Shown here: piece by piece, positions 32,739 to 46,195 of the stretch
How the letters are laid out: every line of letters starts with the position of its first letter
How positions within the stretch are numbered: the first letter of the stretch is position 1
Assembly (NCBI GenBank): GCA_001724265.1
Contig: MEDY01000209.1
Coordinates: 1 to 64,000 of the forward strand
Source: Rhizaria sp. SCN 62-66
Lineage: Eukaryota
DNA: 64,000 bases
Reading direction: 5' to 3'
The notes under the pieces: generated by a model
Database searches by the model: none
Told to the model about the DNA's origin: nothing
Seen by the model: the letters and a program-made list of their open reading frames with translations, nothing else
Position numbers and translations under genes: made by a program

Positions 32739-35700
32739 TTACTCCGCGGCGGCGGCCGCGGCGGCGGCGGCGACGGGGTCGGGCTTGTGCTCGAAGCCGC
32801 CGCCCTCGCGGAGCTTCTTGGCGAGTTCGCGGTACATGCGGCCCTTGCGCGCCACGAGCGCGTCGTAGGTCGCGTCGGCATAGCGCGCGTCGCAGCCCTC
32901 GGGGCTCTTCTTGGCGGCCGACATAAGCTTGTACACGAGCGTGGCCAGCTCCTTGTTCATCGTGAAGGACGCCGCGAGCGTGTTGACCAGGTCCAGCGAG
33001 AGCGTCGAGTGCGCGCGGCGCGCGGCGATGTCGGCCGTGGCGAGCTTCTCCAGGTCCTCCGTCACGAGCTCGATGAGCTTGGCGACGAACTGCGCCAGCC
33101 CGGCCATGTACTCTGCGTCGCCGCCGTAGAGCGTGTCGTTGGACTCGACGCGGTCGATCTTGACCGGGAACCGCGGCTGCGCGTAGGTCGCAAAGAGCCG
33201 CAGGAAGCCCATGTAGGCCTGCAGCTTGACCGCGCGCGGACCCTCCCAGGCCTCGTGCTTCTGGATCGCGTTGAGCAGCCCGTGGACGAGGTAGAACGGC
33301 CCGTACTTGGGGTGGCCGGGGAAGTAGAGCAGGAACGACGCCAGGTGCTGCACGGCGGCCAGCACGCGCGCGTCGGTCGAGCGCCGCGCGCCGTGGTGCG
33401 CGGAGGTCGCCACAGTCGCGGGCAGCTCGGGGAAGAGCGCCAGCGCGGCCTTGACGAAGCCCTCGGACTGGACCACCATCTGGTTCACGAGTGCGACCTC
33501 GGCGCACGCCGTCATGAGGCGCAGGCACTCGAACTTGTCCTCTAGCGAGGGGATCGTGATGTGGCAGTAAGCGAGTGCGGCCTTGACAAACGCGGCCGTC
33601 TTCTTGGTGTGCTTGCCCTTAGTCAGCGCGTGTGCGCGGGAGGCCAGCGCGGCCACGCGCTCGACGAGCTCCACGGTCACGGCGTCGAGCGCGGTGAAGG
33701 CGGCGCGGAAGTCGACGAGCGTGTTGAGCTGCTGCTCGAGATCGCGGCCGAAGTCGACTGTGCGGATGAACGACACGATGGTGCCGCTGACCGCGCGGAC
33801 CTCCTCCTCGGACGACAGCGCGGTGACCGAGTCGTGGAGCGCGCGCGCGGTGTCGAAGAGCGTGTGGATCACAACGGGGTCCGCCGTGGTCTTGCCCACG
33901 CCGGCCCACGCGGCCAGCAGCAGCTTGCCCACGGCGACCTTGTTGTTGCGCGTGAGCAAGTCGAGCAGCGGCAGCAGCGTGTCCATCGTGAGCGTGCGCT
34001 CGACGTCGGCGGCCGAGGACGCGACCTTGACGGCGATCTGCTCCAGCTCGCTCTGCATGGTGCGGTACGCGTCGCCCTGGCGCGCGTGCTTGATCACGTC
34101 CTTGAGGAAGATGTTGACCTCGCGCGGGCCAAAGCACGCGAGCAGGAACTCAACGAACACGGCCGCGATGCGGAGGTACTCGCCCACGTCCTGCACCTTG
34201 GACACCGTCTTCCACACGTCGTTGAGGATCGCCAGCCGCTGCGCCTTGGGCGGCGGGTGGCGGACCAGCTTCTTGGCCAGTGCCAGGTACAAGTGCGCGC
34301 GACTCGCCTGCTTGGTCTCGGCGACCTCCTTGATGAGGGCGTTGATAGTGAGCGCGTTGTTGGCGATCTGCTGCGGCGAGAAGAAGGAGATGATGTGCAC
34401 GAGCAGCATCGACGTGGGGCACGAGTCCTTAAACTGCTGCAGCATCGCGAAAAAGAGCTCGTCCGAGGCGTTGAAGGCGACGTTCTGCACCATCCACTCA
34501 ATGGCGGGTGAAAAAAGGTCGGCGTAGTCCTCGGACGACACCTTGCCATCAGCGACCATGGGCACGGTGGGGTAGGTCCCGGCCTCGCTGCGGATCGCCT
34601 TGAAGGTGAAGAGCGTGTCGTCGAAGGCCTCGAGCACGGCGCGCCGGTAGAGCGGCGCGATCACTGTCTGAAACTGCGGCGCGGGCGCGCACTCGACGAA
34701 GGTGTAGCTCATGCTCAGCGCGCGCGAGGTCAGGAAGGCGCGCGCGTAGGTCGCGATCAGCGGGTTGCCCAGGCCGCGGATCTGCTTCGAGAGGCGGTTG
34801 AAGTTGTCGACGAACGAGTCGTCCTCGAGGAAGCGGTAGCACTTCATAAGCGTGAGGTCGATGTACAGGCGCGGCAGCAGCTCGCGGATGCAGGCCGTCT
34901 TAAAGAACCAGTTGCGGCACGTCTCCTTTGCGCTGGCGCAGACGTCGGAGCTCTTGAACGTGTTGGAGAGCGCTGAGACGGTGATCTGGCGAGTCACGGG
35001 GTGCACGGTCTCCACGCCCACGGCCTTGATGCGGTCGAACACGAGGTCACCGAACGTGTGCAGCACGCGCGTGACGAGCACGAACATTGACGGGTAGAAG
35101 GCCGGCACGCGCACGTCGCCGAGCACCTTGGCGCACTGGATGGCGATGCGCAGTGCGATGACGCGCTCGCCGGCGTCCCACGCCACGCGCAGACGCTTGT
35201 GCAGGTCCTCGAACAGTGCGATGTACTCCTTCTGGTTCAGGTACGAGCGCGCGTCAGAGGCGGTCGCGTCGAGCTCCTCCAGACGGGACGAGGCCTGCGC
35301 GAACATAGTGAGGGAACAGAGGGGTATTTGTTGTGACGTGAGGTATTTCCAAAAAGGAAATGATATTAAAATACAAATAACCCAATAATGTTTGAGTACA
35401 ATACGAAAATGTTCCATGTTCATCGAGCGTACCTGGTCGACGGGCTTAGCGCCCTTGGTCAGCGCGGACTCGGTCGCGTCGGCGTCGTCGTTGAGGAAGT
35501 CGTCGTCGACGGCGATGGAGGCGCTCGTGGTGTACTTAGCGAGAATGCGCGGGCACTTGTCGGCCCAGAACTCGAACTCGCCGCGCTCCTGCACCGTCGA
35601 CGCGCCCGCGGCGCCCGAGCCGGAGCCGGACGAGCCGGACGAGCTGCTGTCGTCAAGGCTGTCAGGGTCTTGCGCGGCGGGCGCGGCCTTGGCGAAAGCG

Positions 35701-36221
35701 GTCAGCGGATCATCATCGTCGTCGTCCGCGTTCGTGGCCTTGAGCGCGCGCAGCGGGTCGTCGTCCATCGACGGCACGGGCGCGCTCGCGGCCGCCGCGG
35801 AGGAAGCAGAGGCAGATGCAGAGGATGACTCGGTCTTGGTGACGTTGGTGATGGCCTTCTTGATGACGAAGAGGGGGTGTTGGGTGGTCTTCTCGCGCGC
35901 CGCGGAAAGCTCCTTGCGCTCCTCCTCGTAATTCCGCGGCAGCGGAATCCTGGAAGAAGTGGTAGACGGGCATGGTGCGAAGAAAATAGGAGGGTGAAAC
36001 AAAGCGGGAGATGACTGTGAGGAGTCGTATCTGGACGCAGGAGAGCTGTCAAAGCACTACAAGGTGAAGTTTAGTTAAATAGAAACAGTAAAACGGAGCA
36101 AGATTATACTTCCTAGCGCAGCGACAGCGGTTGCAAGTGCCGCTGAAGGGTGCTGAGAGGGACGAGAGTGAAAAAGGCGCAGGGGGGCGGCGACGACGTA
36201 CCACTTGGTATCAACACTCAT
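32739..36221 (-). CDS. VPS35L: VPS35-like retriever subunit (C16orf62); exons 36221-36202, 35949-35433, 35294-32739
   Basis: MSVDTKW|IPLPRNYEEE...HPL N-terminus; DDPL motifs; ERVIALRIAIQCAKVL, FYPSMFVLVT, FGDLVFDRI, AKETCRNWFFKTACIRELLPRLY, DFGRDLEQQL, AYCHITIPS, VESNDTLYGGD. Confidence 0.93.
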
Positions 36222-36897
36222 TGCTGTGCAGAGAGGGTATCGCCAGTAAAGGTGATATTAGAGATCCCAACCAAATGCGGCGTGGTAGTTACACTGACAA
36301 AAAAGAAAGTGTATTACACGAATCTCGCGGACGTGGAACAAGCTCGATTTAGCACCCGCCCTACCTCGTCTCTGTTGGTTGGCTCGCTGGATGCAACAGG
36401 GGTCGAAAAATGTAAGTCCCATTTTGTTGACCGAAGAGTGAGAGCGCCCAGCACTACAGAGTCTGAGGTTCACATCGAACAATGTGGGGGGAGATGTGTC
36501 ATCAGTGGTTTTTGAAATGGCTTGGTGCCCCATGCTATATAGAGAAAAAAAATGTTCACCAGCAATTTAGTGCATTTGGCCGCATGAAGCACACGGCGCT
36601 GCGATGCCTCAAAATCCTGCTCGCTTGGGGCTGCAGATGCAGTCGTGACGACTTTGTCACGCCACGAACGCGCCGCTTCGTCCCGAGACCGTGATTGTCT
36701 CTTTCCGCTCGAAAATGGCTCACGATGCATCACTCTCTTTGTCTATTTACCGTCTTCGGGTTTGTTTCTATCTTGTGATCGTTTTTGTGTCATTTCCCGC
36801 CTAGCTACCCCACTTTACCTCACGGCGCGCCACTGTCACGCCGCCCGCTCTCGCGCCCGTCTCTCGACCTCTCTGCGGAGCCCCTTGTGCTGCGCTC

Positions 36898-39239
36898 ATG
36901 AGCACATACGTTCACTCCTCAGACGCATTCTGGGATGCTTACGAACGTGTCCACGGTACGTCGTCTTTCTTTGCTCCCTCTCGCCCACGCATCGTAACCC
37001 CGCTTTGTCACTGCATCTTTCTCTCGCAACCTCAATGTGACCCGAACCCCGACTCTCTCCTTACTAACACATCTTGCCTTCCCGCCCCGTCCTTTCTTCC
37101 CACTTCCCACTGCCCTTCCCGCAGGCCCCGTCGAGGACGCCCCCGCCGCCCCCGCGGGCCTCATCGGCCCCCGCATCGGTCCCTCCTACCAGGCCGCCCT
37201 GCCCCCGCTCCCCTCGCACTCCAGCTCCAGCGCGAGCTCCAGCTCTAGCGCCAGCGCCAGTGCCAGTGCGGGTGCTGCGGGGCAGGACATGACCGACGCT
37301 GACGACGCCACATCCCCCGCCAAGCGCTCCCGCAACGCCGCGAACGCCAACGGTGACATCAAGCCCAGTCCCGACTCTGCCGGCACTGACGCGGCCGTCG
37401 CGATCCCACCGCGGCCCGAGTCCCCGCGCGTGCTGTGGAGCCCCGCGGCGTACCGCGCCGTCGTTGCCACCGCGCGTGCCGCCGCCGCCGCGCCCAACAG
37501 CAATAGCAACAACAACAACGCTCGCGGCGGCTACAAAGACACTGGGAACAACAACGACGAGGACAGCGACGCCGACACGGCCGCGGCGCCCGGCATGGAC
37601 CTGTTCCCGCTCGAGCCCGCGAACGGCAACAGCGCCGGCACCAGCTCCAACGGCAACGGCAACGCTCCTGCTGCGGTGACCGAGACGGTGAACGGCGTGA
37701 CCGTGACGGCCGCCGACGCCGCCGCGGCCGCCGAGTCGCTCTCGCGCCACCTGGCGCTGGTGCGCGGGCTCGTAGACCCGCCACGCGACGAGCTGCTGCT
37801 CGAGGAGGCTCTGGGCGCGTGGCTGCCCGCGCGCTCCTCGAAACACTTCGCGGCCATCGTCGCCGCGCTGCCGCCCGCCGCGCGCGCCGCCGCCATCGCC
37901 GCCGCGGCCTCCGGGACGGCCGCCTCCTCCTCAGCGTACGCCGCCGCCGCCGCTGCGACCGCCGCCGCCGCTGCGGAGGCCGAGGCCGCGGCCGGCGGCG
38001 CGAGTGTCAAGGGCAAGGGCCGGTGGCCGCGCGTGGGCCGGCCGAGCCACGCTTCACTGGCCGCGCAGGCCGCCGCCGAGGCCGCCGCGGAGGCCGCCAA
38101 CGCGCGCGCCAGTGCGGTGGCCGCCGCGCTGGCCGCCAACACTCTGGCGGCCCGCAGACTGCAGCACCGGCCCTTCGGCAGCTCCTGCGAAGGCGACGAC
38201 AACAATCCCAGTTGCAACAGCAGCAGCAGCGGCAAAGCCGTGAACGCCGCCGGCGGCCGGCGCCGCCGCGGCAGAAGCGCGTCCTCCGCCGCCGCGGCCG
38301 CTGCGGGCTCCGAGAGCGACGAAGGCGACAGCGACGACGACGACAGCGACGACGACGGCAAGGCGCGCGCCCGCGAGTGCGGGCACCCCAGCTGCCCGCG
38401 GCCGCTATGCGCGGCCGCGCGCGACCTTGCATACGCGGACCCGTGGCTGGTGTCGCAGCAGCCCGTGCCGGCGCCCGCCGCGGCGGCCTCGCGCCCACTG
38501 ACGGCGGCGGAGCTGTGCGCGGCGCCGCTGGGCCACTGCAGCGAGCTGCGCGCGCTAGTGCTGCTGGCGAGCGAGGGCGCCGCGGGGGCCGAGGGCGCGC
38601 GCGCGCTGCTGCTGACGCGGCCGCGCCGCGAGGAGAGCGAACGTGTGCAGATCGACGACGAGTCCGAAGACGTGTGCTTCCAGTGCGGTGACGGCGGCAA
38701 CGTCATGATCTGCGACGCCAAGCGCTGCGGCAAGGTCTATCACCCGCTCTGCGTCGGGCTCGACAAGGTCCCCAGCGGCGAATGGCAGTGTCCGCGCCAC
38801 CGCTGCACCTTCTGCCACATGCCGGTCGGCGACGCCACTCGCATGTGCCAGGTACGCCGCGGTTTTCGTGAATGAAATTATATGTGTGAGTTTATTTAAA
38901 ACTAAAGCTATTTACTCGCTCTTTTTCCTTCTGATAACTCTCTTAAACTAACATTATGCTCTTTTTCCCTTTGTGTTTATCTCGACTTGTTTAGCGCTGC
39001 CCGACGACATACTGCTCATCGTGCTGCCCCGCTGAGCTGCGCCAGAGTTCGCTCTCGACCTCCCAGAACACTGAATCCTCGTCCTTCCTGTGTCTGCGCT
39101 GCGTGCGCAAGGCCCGCGCCAAGGACGGCGACGCCGCAGCCGACGAGGCCGAGGCCGAGGCCGCCGCCGCCGCCGAGGCCGCGGCCGCGCAGGCCCACGC
39201 CGCCGCCCAGGCCCGCGGCGGCGTCGCCGCTTTCTCCCG

Positions 39240-39317
<78 letters not shown>

Positions 39318-40530
39318 TGGCTCTGGCTCTGGCGCTGGCTCTGGCTCTGGCGCTGGCGCTGGCGGCGGCCGCGTCTCGGGCGCAGCAGGCGCGGCGATGG
39401 AGGACGTGGACGCGGCGGCCTCGAGCGCGGGGGCGCCGACGGACTCGGTGCTGACGGTGCTGCGGCAGCGCGTGTTTCTCTCGGACGTGGCGACGCTGCT
39501 GCGACAGCCGCTGTCTGACAGCCGGCTGCTCGAGGCCAGCCGCCGCGTGCAGGCCGCCGCGCCCTCGCTCAAGCACGCGCTCCGCGCCGCCGCGGCCGCC
39601 GACGCCGCGGGCACGGCCAGCGAATTCCGCCACAGCTGGGACGCCGCCGCCGCCGCCACCGCCACCGCCGCCGCCGCTGCCGCCGCCACCGCGGCTGCCG
39701 GCGCGAGCGCTGATGCGGATGCAGACGCCGAGGGCGCCGCCGCCGCCGCTGCGACGGGCATTCCCCCGGCGCCGACTGGCGAGCCTGAGGGCGTGGGCGC
39801 GGACGCAGGCGCGACCGCGGCTGAGGCTGCGGCGGCCGAAGCGGCTGCGCTGGTCACGGGCACTGGCGCGGGCGCGGGCGCCGACAGCGGCAGCAAGAGC
39901 AGCCCCGGCAGTTCGAGCAACAGCAGCATGAGCTCCACTGCGAGCGCCAACTCGAGCATGAGCTCCACCACCACCACCACCACCGCCGCCAGCGACGAGG
40001 AACGCCGCGCCACGCGCACCACCGCCGCCGCCGCCACGGCCGCCACGGCCGCGGACTCCTCCGCCTCCGGCGCAGCCGCTGCCTCGGGCTCCGCAGCGCC
40101 CGCGGCGACCGCGGCGGCGGGCGGCGGGTTGTCGCGCCTCATGGGCCCATCGGCCAACAGCAGCAGCGGCGGCGGGCCCGGCGGCGCCCCACGCGCGCTG
40201 CCGTGCCGCTTTCTCGGGCTGGCGCTCGAGAGCCTGGAGGAGCTCTTCGTGTGCGTGCACCTGGAGCTGGTCGCGCGCGGTGGGCTCGCGCACATGCTCG
40301 CCAGCGACAACTGGGCACCCGTGGCCGAGCTCGTGGCGCGCAACCGCGCGCTGCTGCCCAGCGAGGCCCCCTTCGGCCTCGGCGTCACGGAGATCGGCGC
40401 GGCCAACGCGGCCGGAGACGTCTACCAGGGCCCCGGCGCGGCCGAGGGCGGCGCGGGCGGCGGCCGCGGGGGCCGAGGCGGCCGCGGAGGCAGGGGGCGC
40501 GGAAGCACCGGCCGTCTGACGCTGATCTAA
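36898..40530 (+). CDS. Chromatin protein with ELM2-like region and PHD finger plus a following Cys/His zinc finger; exons 36898-36955, 37125-38851, 38995-40530
   Basis: [12 protein letters not shown]...VLWSP (ELM2-like); [51 protein letters not shown]...[12 protein letters not shown] (NSD-type PHD-C5HCH); C-terminal GRGG tract. Confidence 0.8.
39241..39360. repeat. (GGCTCC/GGCTCT)n coding repeat (Gly-Ser)
   Basis: Tandem hexamer array inside the last exon of the PHD gene. Confidence 0.85.
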
Positions 40531-41586
40531 GAAACGAAGCTAAGTATACTCGGTATGAGTGAAAGGGACGAGAATGTGTTCGTCAAATAAAACATTTGCT
40601 ATTATGTTCATAAAAGCTACTTCCGCGGGTGGGCTAACAAGAATGCTCCCGCACTCCATTTTAAACGCGTCATCAAATGTGGACCTGCTGGCATAATTCG
40701 CGGAATGTTCGACATGTTGCCACCTAGTGCCAAGGCATGTGCATTGGAGGCGAGGTTTCTGTTTCCACAGCACCCCAAACCGTACTATATCATGAACCGT
40801 CGAGGCGAAATTGTTGATTTGCTCGGTATGGTGCCCCTGCGCGGCTGAGGGCGGCGCGGGCGTGGAAGCGGCTAAGTTACGCCTCGCGACAAGCGACACG
40901 AAGCTAGGTAAGGAGCTGCGATTTTTGAAATGTTTGTATGTCATTCTATATTTTGTGTCATTATCATTTATATATCTTGAATGTTTGTTGTTTTTCGAAT
41001 ACAAACAGCTTATTTTTCATCGGTACAACATGATGCTTGTCACGGTACTGTTTGTGACAAACTCAAACTTGATTTTATAACATGTGCACACGCGTTAGTT
41101 GTTTGAGTATTGTTATGGAATCTTGTTGACAAAAGTTATTGTTAATATAATCTTCAAATATATGTTTTTACAGAAATACTAAACAGCAATAGAGTATTGA
41201 TACCTACAACGCCTACTCTGTTTGTTAGACTCAAATATACTACACTGCACTGCACGCGCTGCGACAAGATTCGTGCGAAAAGTGATTACTTTCTGTCGCT
41301 AACTTAACTCTCGCTAAAACTGTGCGTGTGTGAGGCGTGATAGTCTCGCAGCGCAAGAGAAACTTTGACGCTGGCTGACAGACAAAAAGACAAAACAAAA
41401 AACAATTTCATATAATACACTCTGAAAGTCAATAATAAAAAGAACTAACCGAAAGCTAACTCGACCCAAACAGGACGGCAACGCATCGCAACTTTACGGA
41501 GCTCGAGCGCGTCCTTGTGATTCTTCCATGGCAACATCAACATGCGAAGCATGCGTGCTCTGTGTTCGCTGTTTACTGCTCACTGC

Positions 41587-44074
41587 TCACTGCTTCTGCG
41601 CGGCCGCGGCGGCCACGGCGGCCTCGACGCCTGCCTTGTCGAGCCCACCCTTTGCGGCGACGAAGGCCTCGACGGCGGCGATGACGCGGCCCAGCTTGCC
41701 CTCGAAGTCGGTCGAGTTGTCGAACGTGATGTGCCGCGTGTGCCCGCGCCACGCGTCCCACACGCGGTCGTCCATCTTGCACGCCTCCTCGACCGTCTCG
41801 GTGCGCGCCGCGTTGTTGCCGCGCGTGTAGTGCTGCTCGGCGCGCTTGGCCGCCGTCTCCAGGTGCAGAACCAGGTCGTAGCGGCCGTGGATTGCGGCGT
41901 GCGAGAGCCCCACCAGCGGCAGGATCTCGTCCCACAGCGCGTCGGGCAGGTACGCGCGCGGGTCGCCCAGGCCACGGTCCAGCAGGACCACCGAGGGCTG
42001 GCCCACGCTCGCCGCGATGTGCAAGAACGTCGCCTCGGTCTGCAAGGTCGAAAATAACAAAACACACAATCAGAAAAGAATACAGTTAGCTACAATAGGT
42101 AAAATAGATGAGTAAATCACGCAATTAAAACGTCAAAGCCAATTGATAGGGTGACGTGTGATACAGCGACATGCGAGTGCAGGAACAAACGTACCATCAT
42201 CTGCAAGCGGAGCAACGCGACCTCGAAGGCGATGAGTTGGTCGCGGTCGCCGCCGAGGCCGGGGTAGGAGCAACCGTTGCTGATGAGCGTGGTCGCGACC
42301 TCTGGACAGCTGTGAGAGAGACACCACAGGATGCAAGATGACGCAAGACAGGAGGGCAGATAAGATAGGGAGAAACGACCAAACCAGAAGAAACAAGGCA
42401 ACAAGTAAGAAATGATGCACTGAGAAATGATGAACTTAAAGACCAAGTAACAAAGATACTTAAACATGCTTCAATTAGAAAGATCTTGTTTCATCCAGTG
42501 AGTAATGCAGCTTAGTGTTGATGCTGCAGTGGAAGCACTGGGTGCGTCTGTGCGAGCACGTACCTGTACACGGCAAAGCCGGCCTGCTTGAGGCGCGCGG
42601 TAAGCTTGTCGAGGGAGCTGGTCTTGCCGCCGCAGGGCCCGCCGGTGAGCACAATCGTGTACACGGGGTTCTTGGCTGCGCAGACGTTGGTGAAAGAGAT
42701 ACGCGTCGTGATTGATGCGACGAAGAAAAAATAACAACATCAATATAAATAAGATAAGAATTGAGGGGAAAAACCAGCATCAATTGTTGATACAAATAAG
42801 AAACACATTCAGTGACAAAGAAAAACCGTTACATTGCGAAAAGAGCGATTGATTGTACGAAGCGATAAGCCTATGACGTACTGACGGGGGGCAGGCGCTG
42901 CGCAAGCTCGGCCTCGACCTCGTAGACCATCGGTACGGGCGTCACGGGCGTGGTGGGCGAGCCGGCGGCGCCGAGGGACGCGCACGGAGGGCACTGCGTC
43001 GCAGCGTCAGCGGCACTCTCAGGCGCAGCGGCACCAGCGGTAGCGGCAGTCGGGGCAGGGGCGGGGGCGGCGGCGGCGGCGACGGGCGCAGGCGCGGGGG
43101 CCGGGGCGACCGAGGGGGGCGAGGACGCGGAAACGGAGACGGCGCCCGACACGGCGACGCAGGGCGAGGCCGCGGCGGCCGGAGGCAGCAAGGCTTCGGC
43201 GCTCGCCATCGCAGCGGCGGCCTTGGCGTGGTTGCCGGCGTTGTTGTTCTTGTTCTCGTTCAGAGAGAGAGACTCCGAGTTGAGCAGCAGCGACACGGCG
43301 CCGGTGACGACCGCACCCTCGGTCTCGGGCCCCGCAGCGGCGGCGGCAGCAGCAGCGGCGGCGGCGACGTCGGCGGCCTCGTCGGCGGCTGAGACAGGGG
43401 CGGCGCAGTTAGCGTTGTTGTCGGCTTTGGAGGCGCTCCCACCGTCGAGCGGGGACTGCACCTCGTCGCTGGCTTCGGCGATGGCGTCGGGGTCGGCGAA
43501 GCCGTAGCCGTAGGCGTCGGCTCTGGACCCGTTGCCGCTGCCGTTGCCGTCGCCGTCGTTGGGCGAGACGGGGGCCGAGAGCGCGGGCGCCGCCTGGTAG
43601 CCGCAGCGCGGGCAGTCATGCTCAAACACGGGCGCGGGAAAGCGGATCGCGACCTCGCCCGCGCCGCCGCTGGTGCCCGAGGCGGCGACGGTGGCGCGCG
43701 GGCGCGAGGAGATGGGCGAGCGGCGGCGCGGCACTGAAGGCGAACTGGGGACCGAGTCGGCCACGGCCACGGGGCGCGACTTGACGCCCAAGCGCGCAGG
43801 GTTGTGCGACATGTCCGCGTGGTACTGCGCCGCAACGGAAAAGTTTGACTGTGGTGCGACGAGGCGGCGGACAAGTGGGAGAGTGGGTGCGAGTTAGTGT
43901 GAGCAAAGGTGTGAGCAAGGGGAAGGCAAGGGGGCAGAGCTGGAGGCGTATCTAGCGACTCGAAATGAGGAGCATAGAGGGAAAACGTACCACTTCTGAT
44001 TCCTGTGGAAGAGGGGACAGTGCGCCAAGGATGTCGTTGGCGTCGACAGTCATGTTATTCAGATTGGGATCCAT
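41587..44074 (-). CDS. TTD14-like / AAA_28 (NadR-type) P-loop NTPase with low-complexity N-terminus; exons ~44074-43991, 43848-42882, 42675-42564, 42309-42195, 42039-41587
   Basis: Spliced VYTIVLTGGPCGGKTSSL...VYS|CPEVATTLISNG...LQMM|TEATF...LLDRGLGDPRAYL...RYDLVLHLETAA...NNAARTETVEEA...AWRGH. Four GTACG introns in frame; start codon uncertain. Confidence 0.85.
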
Positions 44075-45403
44075 TTCTGGGCGGCAATGCAAAGCGTGTG
44101 CCATGGAAATGAGGGGAGAATTCAGAATGAGTACAGTGAGTGTCATGTACCTCCGATGAGAGTGCAAAGTAAAAAAATCAATGTTTTAATAACGTGCAAA
44201 GTTCGCATTCACCTCAACACGCTATTCAAAAGAACATAAATGAGGCATATCTTCGCCCAAATGATCGCGTTTCGGAGGCGTGGCCCTCCCCCCACTCTTC
44301 GCCACTACAGTCTGGCATGCCGCCACGCCGCCTTGCTTGCAAGCGCTACATTCGGATTGTTCATGGGCTGAGTTTTGCCGCACTTAAAATATTTTTTACT
44401 ACAACACACTTTCACTTATACGTTGCTGTATTTCGTTGTATATATCTTCACATGTGCCCACTACGTAGATATAATCTTGCTCAAGTGACGCTTAGTCACA
44501 TTTTGAGTAAGATGTCGCACAAAGCCTCTAGCACAACTAGCTGAAGACAAAACACAAAAAAACATGTGTAAAGGTAGTGCAATCTTTTGTCGAAAATATG
44601 AGTCTTTGCTATCTACTTAGTTTTGAGTCATTAAATTGTTGAGTGCTTCGTGTTCTTCGATGAATCGTTGTGCTTGTAACTTAATCCGTTTGTCAGGCTT
44701 GAGTAAGAAAACAACGTTTTTAAGCAACAGGTCTGCATTGCATTATATACCACAGTGCATTGATTATTTTCTTCGACCCTGTGTCAAGTAATTAGCATCC
44801 ATAACATTTACGGCGATGTGAAACACATGCATTCAAATGTCAAGACTTGGCATGCTGACATCAGTGTGGAATACACGTTGTATATCGTATTCGGACTAGT
44901 TTCAACACTAGATATGCACTAGATCCTGCATAGAAATGCAATATATGTCAAGCGCATGCAATTATATCAGCATCTCTCACGGAAACTCAACCGCAATGTG
45001 ACGATTACCAGACTCGTAACGGCTATGAAACCAGAAAACCAACTCCATTTGACATAGTAAATGTTTGGTATTTGCAGGTTAAATATTTAAAAAATATAAG
45101 ATGCATTTGTTTGATCTTGTACTCGCGATTTGGACATAATTCTCAAAGATCTTTCCTGACTTTTATGTAGAGTAAGCTGTTGCTCGATGGCCGTTGCTGC
45201 GACCGTGCGACCCGGCTTGACAAAAAATCGGTTGGATCCGAGCGGCTGGCAGTCATGTTGCGCGGTTCAATGCGACGACTGGCACAGATCAGTTCTCCAC
45301 GTAAAGCGTGCGTATGACTTGTCACGTGACTTCTTGAGTTACAGAGTGTGTGGAAGTAGATTTTCTTTATTTCTCCTTGCTTACCTGTAGCTGCAACACC
45401 GTC

Positions 45404-46195
45404 ATGTCGAGCAGTTTGAACCACCTCATCAAGGCTTCCCAGTACGTCTACCATCCATCCCCTCTTTTCACCTATTTCTACCCTTTCTTTGGTGCTGATG
45501 AAAACGGAGATCAAATGGAATTCCTCGAAGATGAGTTTCGCGCAATGCATTTAATATCTTTTACTGAGCCTTCACTTTAAACCTTGTATCTCTTGAGGAA
45601 CGCTCCCCTTCTCGACCATCGACTCACACCTTGACTTATCTTTGCGCCTCTTCTGCACACTTGTAGGGTCTCTTCCGTGTTAAATGATGACACGGCACAG
45701 TTTGGCAAGTCGTTTCTCTTCGACGGCAACGCGACGACTGCGTGGAACTCGGATGACGGCACCGCGCATTCGATCACGGTGAAGTTCTCGCAGCCCGTGC
45801 GCCTCGCAGGCCTCGCGCTCACCTTCCAGGGCGGCTTCTCGGCCGCTGACGTGACGCTCACTGCCGGCGGCCCGCTCCCAGCCGCCCCCGGGGAGCCCAC
45901 GAAGCTGCACCTGCGCGCGCTGGGCTCGTTCCACGCCGCCGACACCAACTCGAAGCAGACGCTGCTGCTCAACAAGGACAGTGCCAACTCGAGCGCCAGT
46001 GCCAACGACGCCAGTGTGGCTGTTGCGACTGACTCTGCGGTGGCGGCGCCGCTGGTGACTGTGGCCAAGGTCGCGCTGGGCTCGCCCGCGGACTTCCACG
46101 GCCGCGTGGTGGTCTACGAGCTCGTCTTCCTCGGCAGCACTGAGGCCGACGCCACCGTCGGCGCGCAAAGCAACAATCAAGCGTCGCAGCAGTGA
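45404..46195 (+). CDS. NR2C2AP: NR2C2AP/TRA16-like galactose-binding-fold protein; exons 45404-45441, 45667-46195
   Basis: MSSSLNHLIKASQ|VSSVLNDDTAQFGKSFLFDGNATTAWNSDDG...FQGGFS...FHAADTNSKQT...DFHGRVVVYEL. Confidence 0.82.

Noticed and set aside
35295-35432. Hydrophobic in-frame segment in the VPS35L ORF (possible membrane insert)
   Set aside because: AT-rich, 138 nt, bounded by GTACG...CAG: an ordinary intron that happens to lack stops.
3488-36221. VPS29 and VPS35L (both retriever subunits) as a functional gene cluster
   Set aside because: They are about 28 kb apart with unrelated genes between them; chance is sufficient without synteny data.
42871-42882. TAG ending ORF 42871-43812 as a true TAG stop or another readthrough site
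   Set aside because: It lies inside a GTACG intron starting at 42881. Other TAGs at 10766, 11008, 38992, 45664 and 46998 are splice acceptors.
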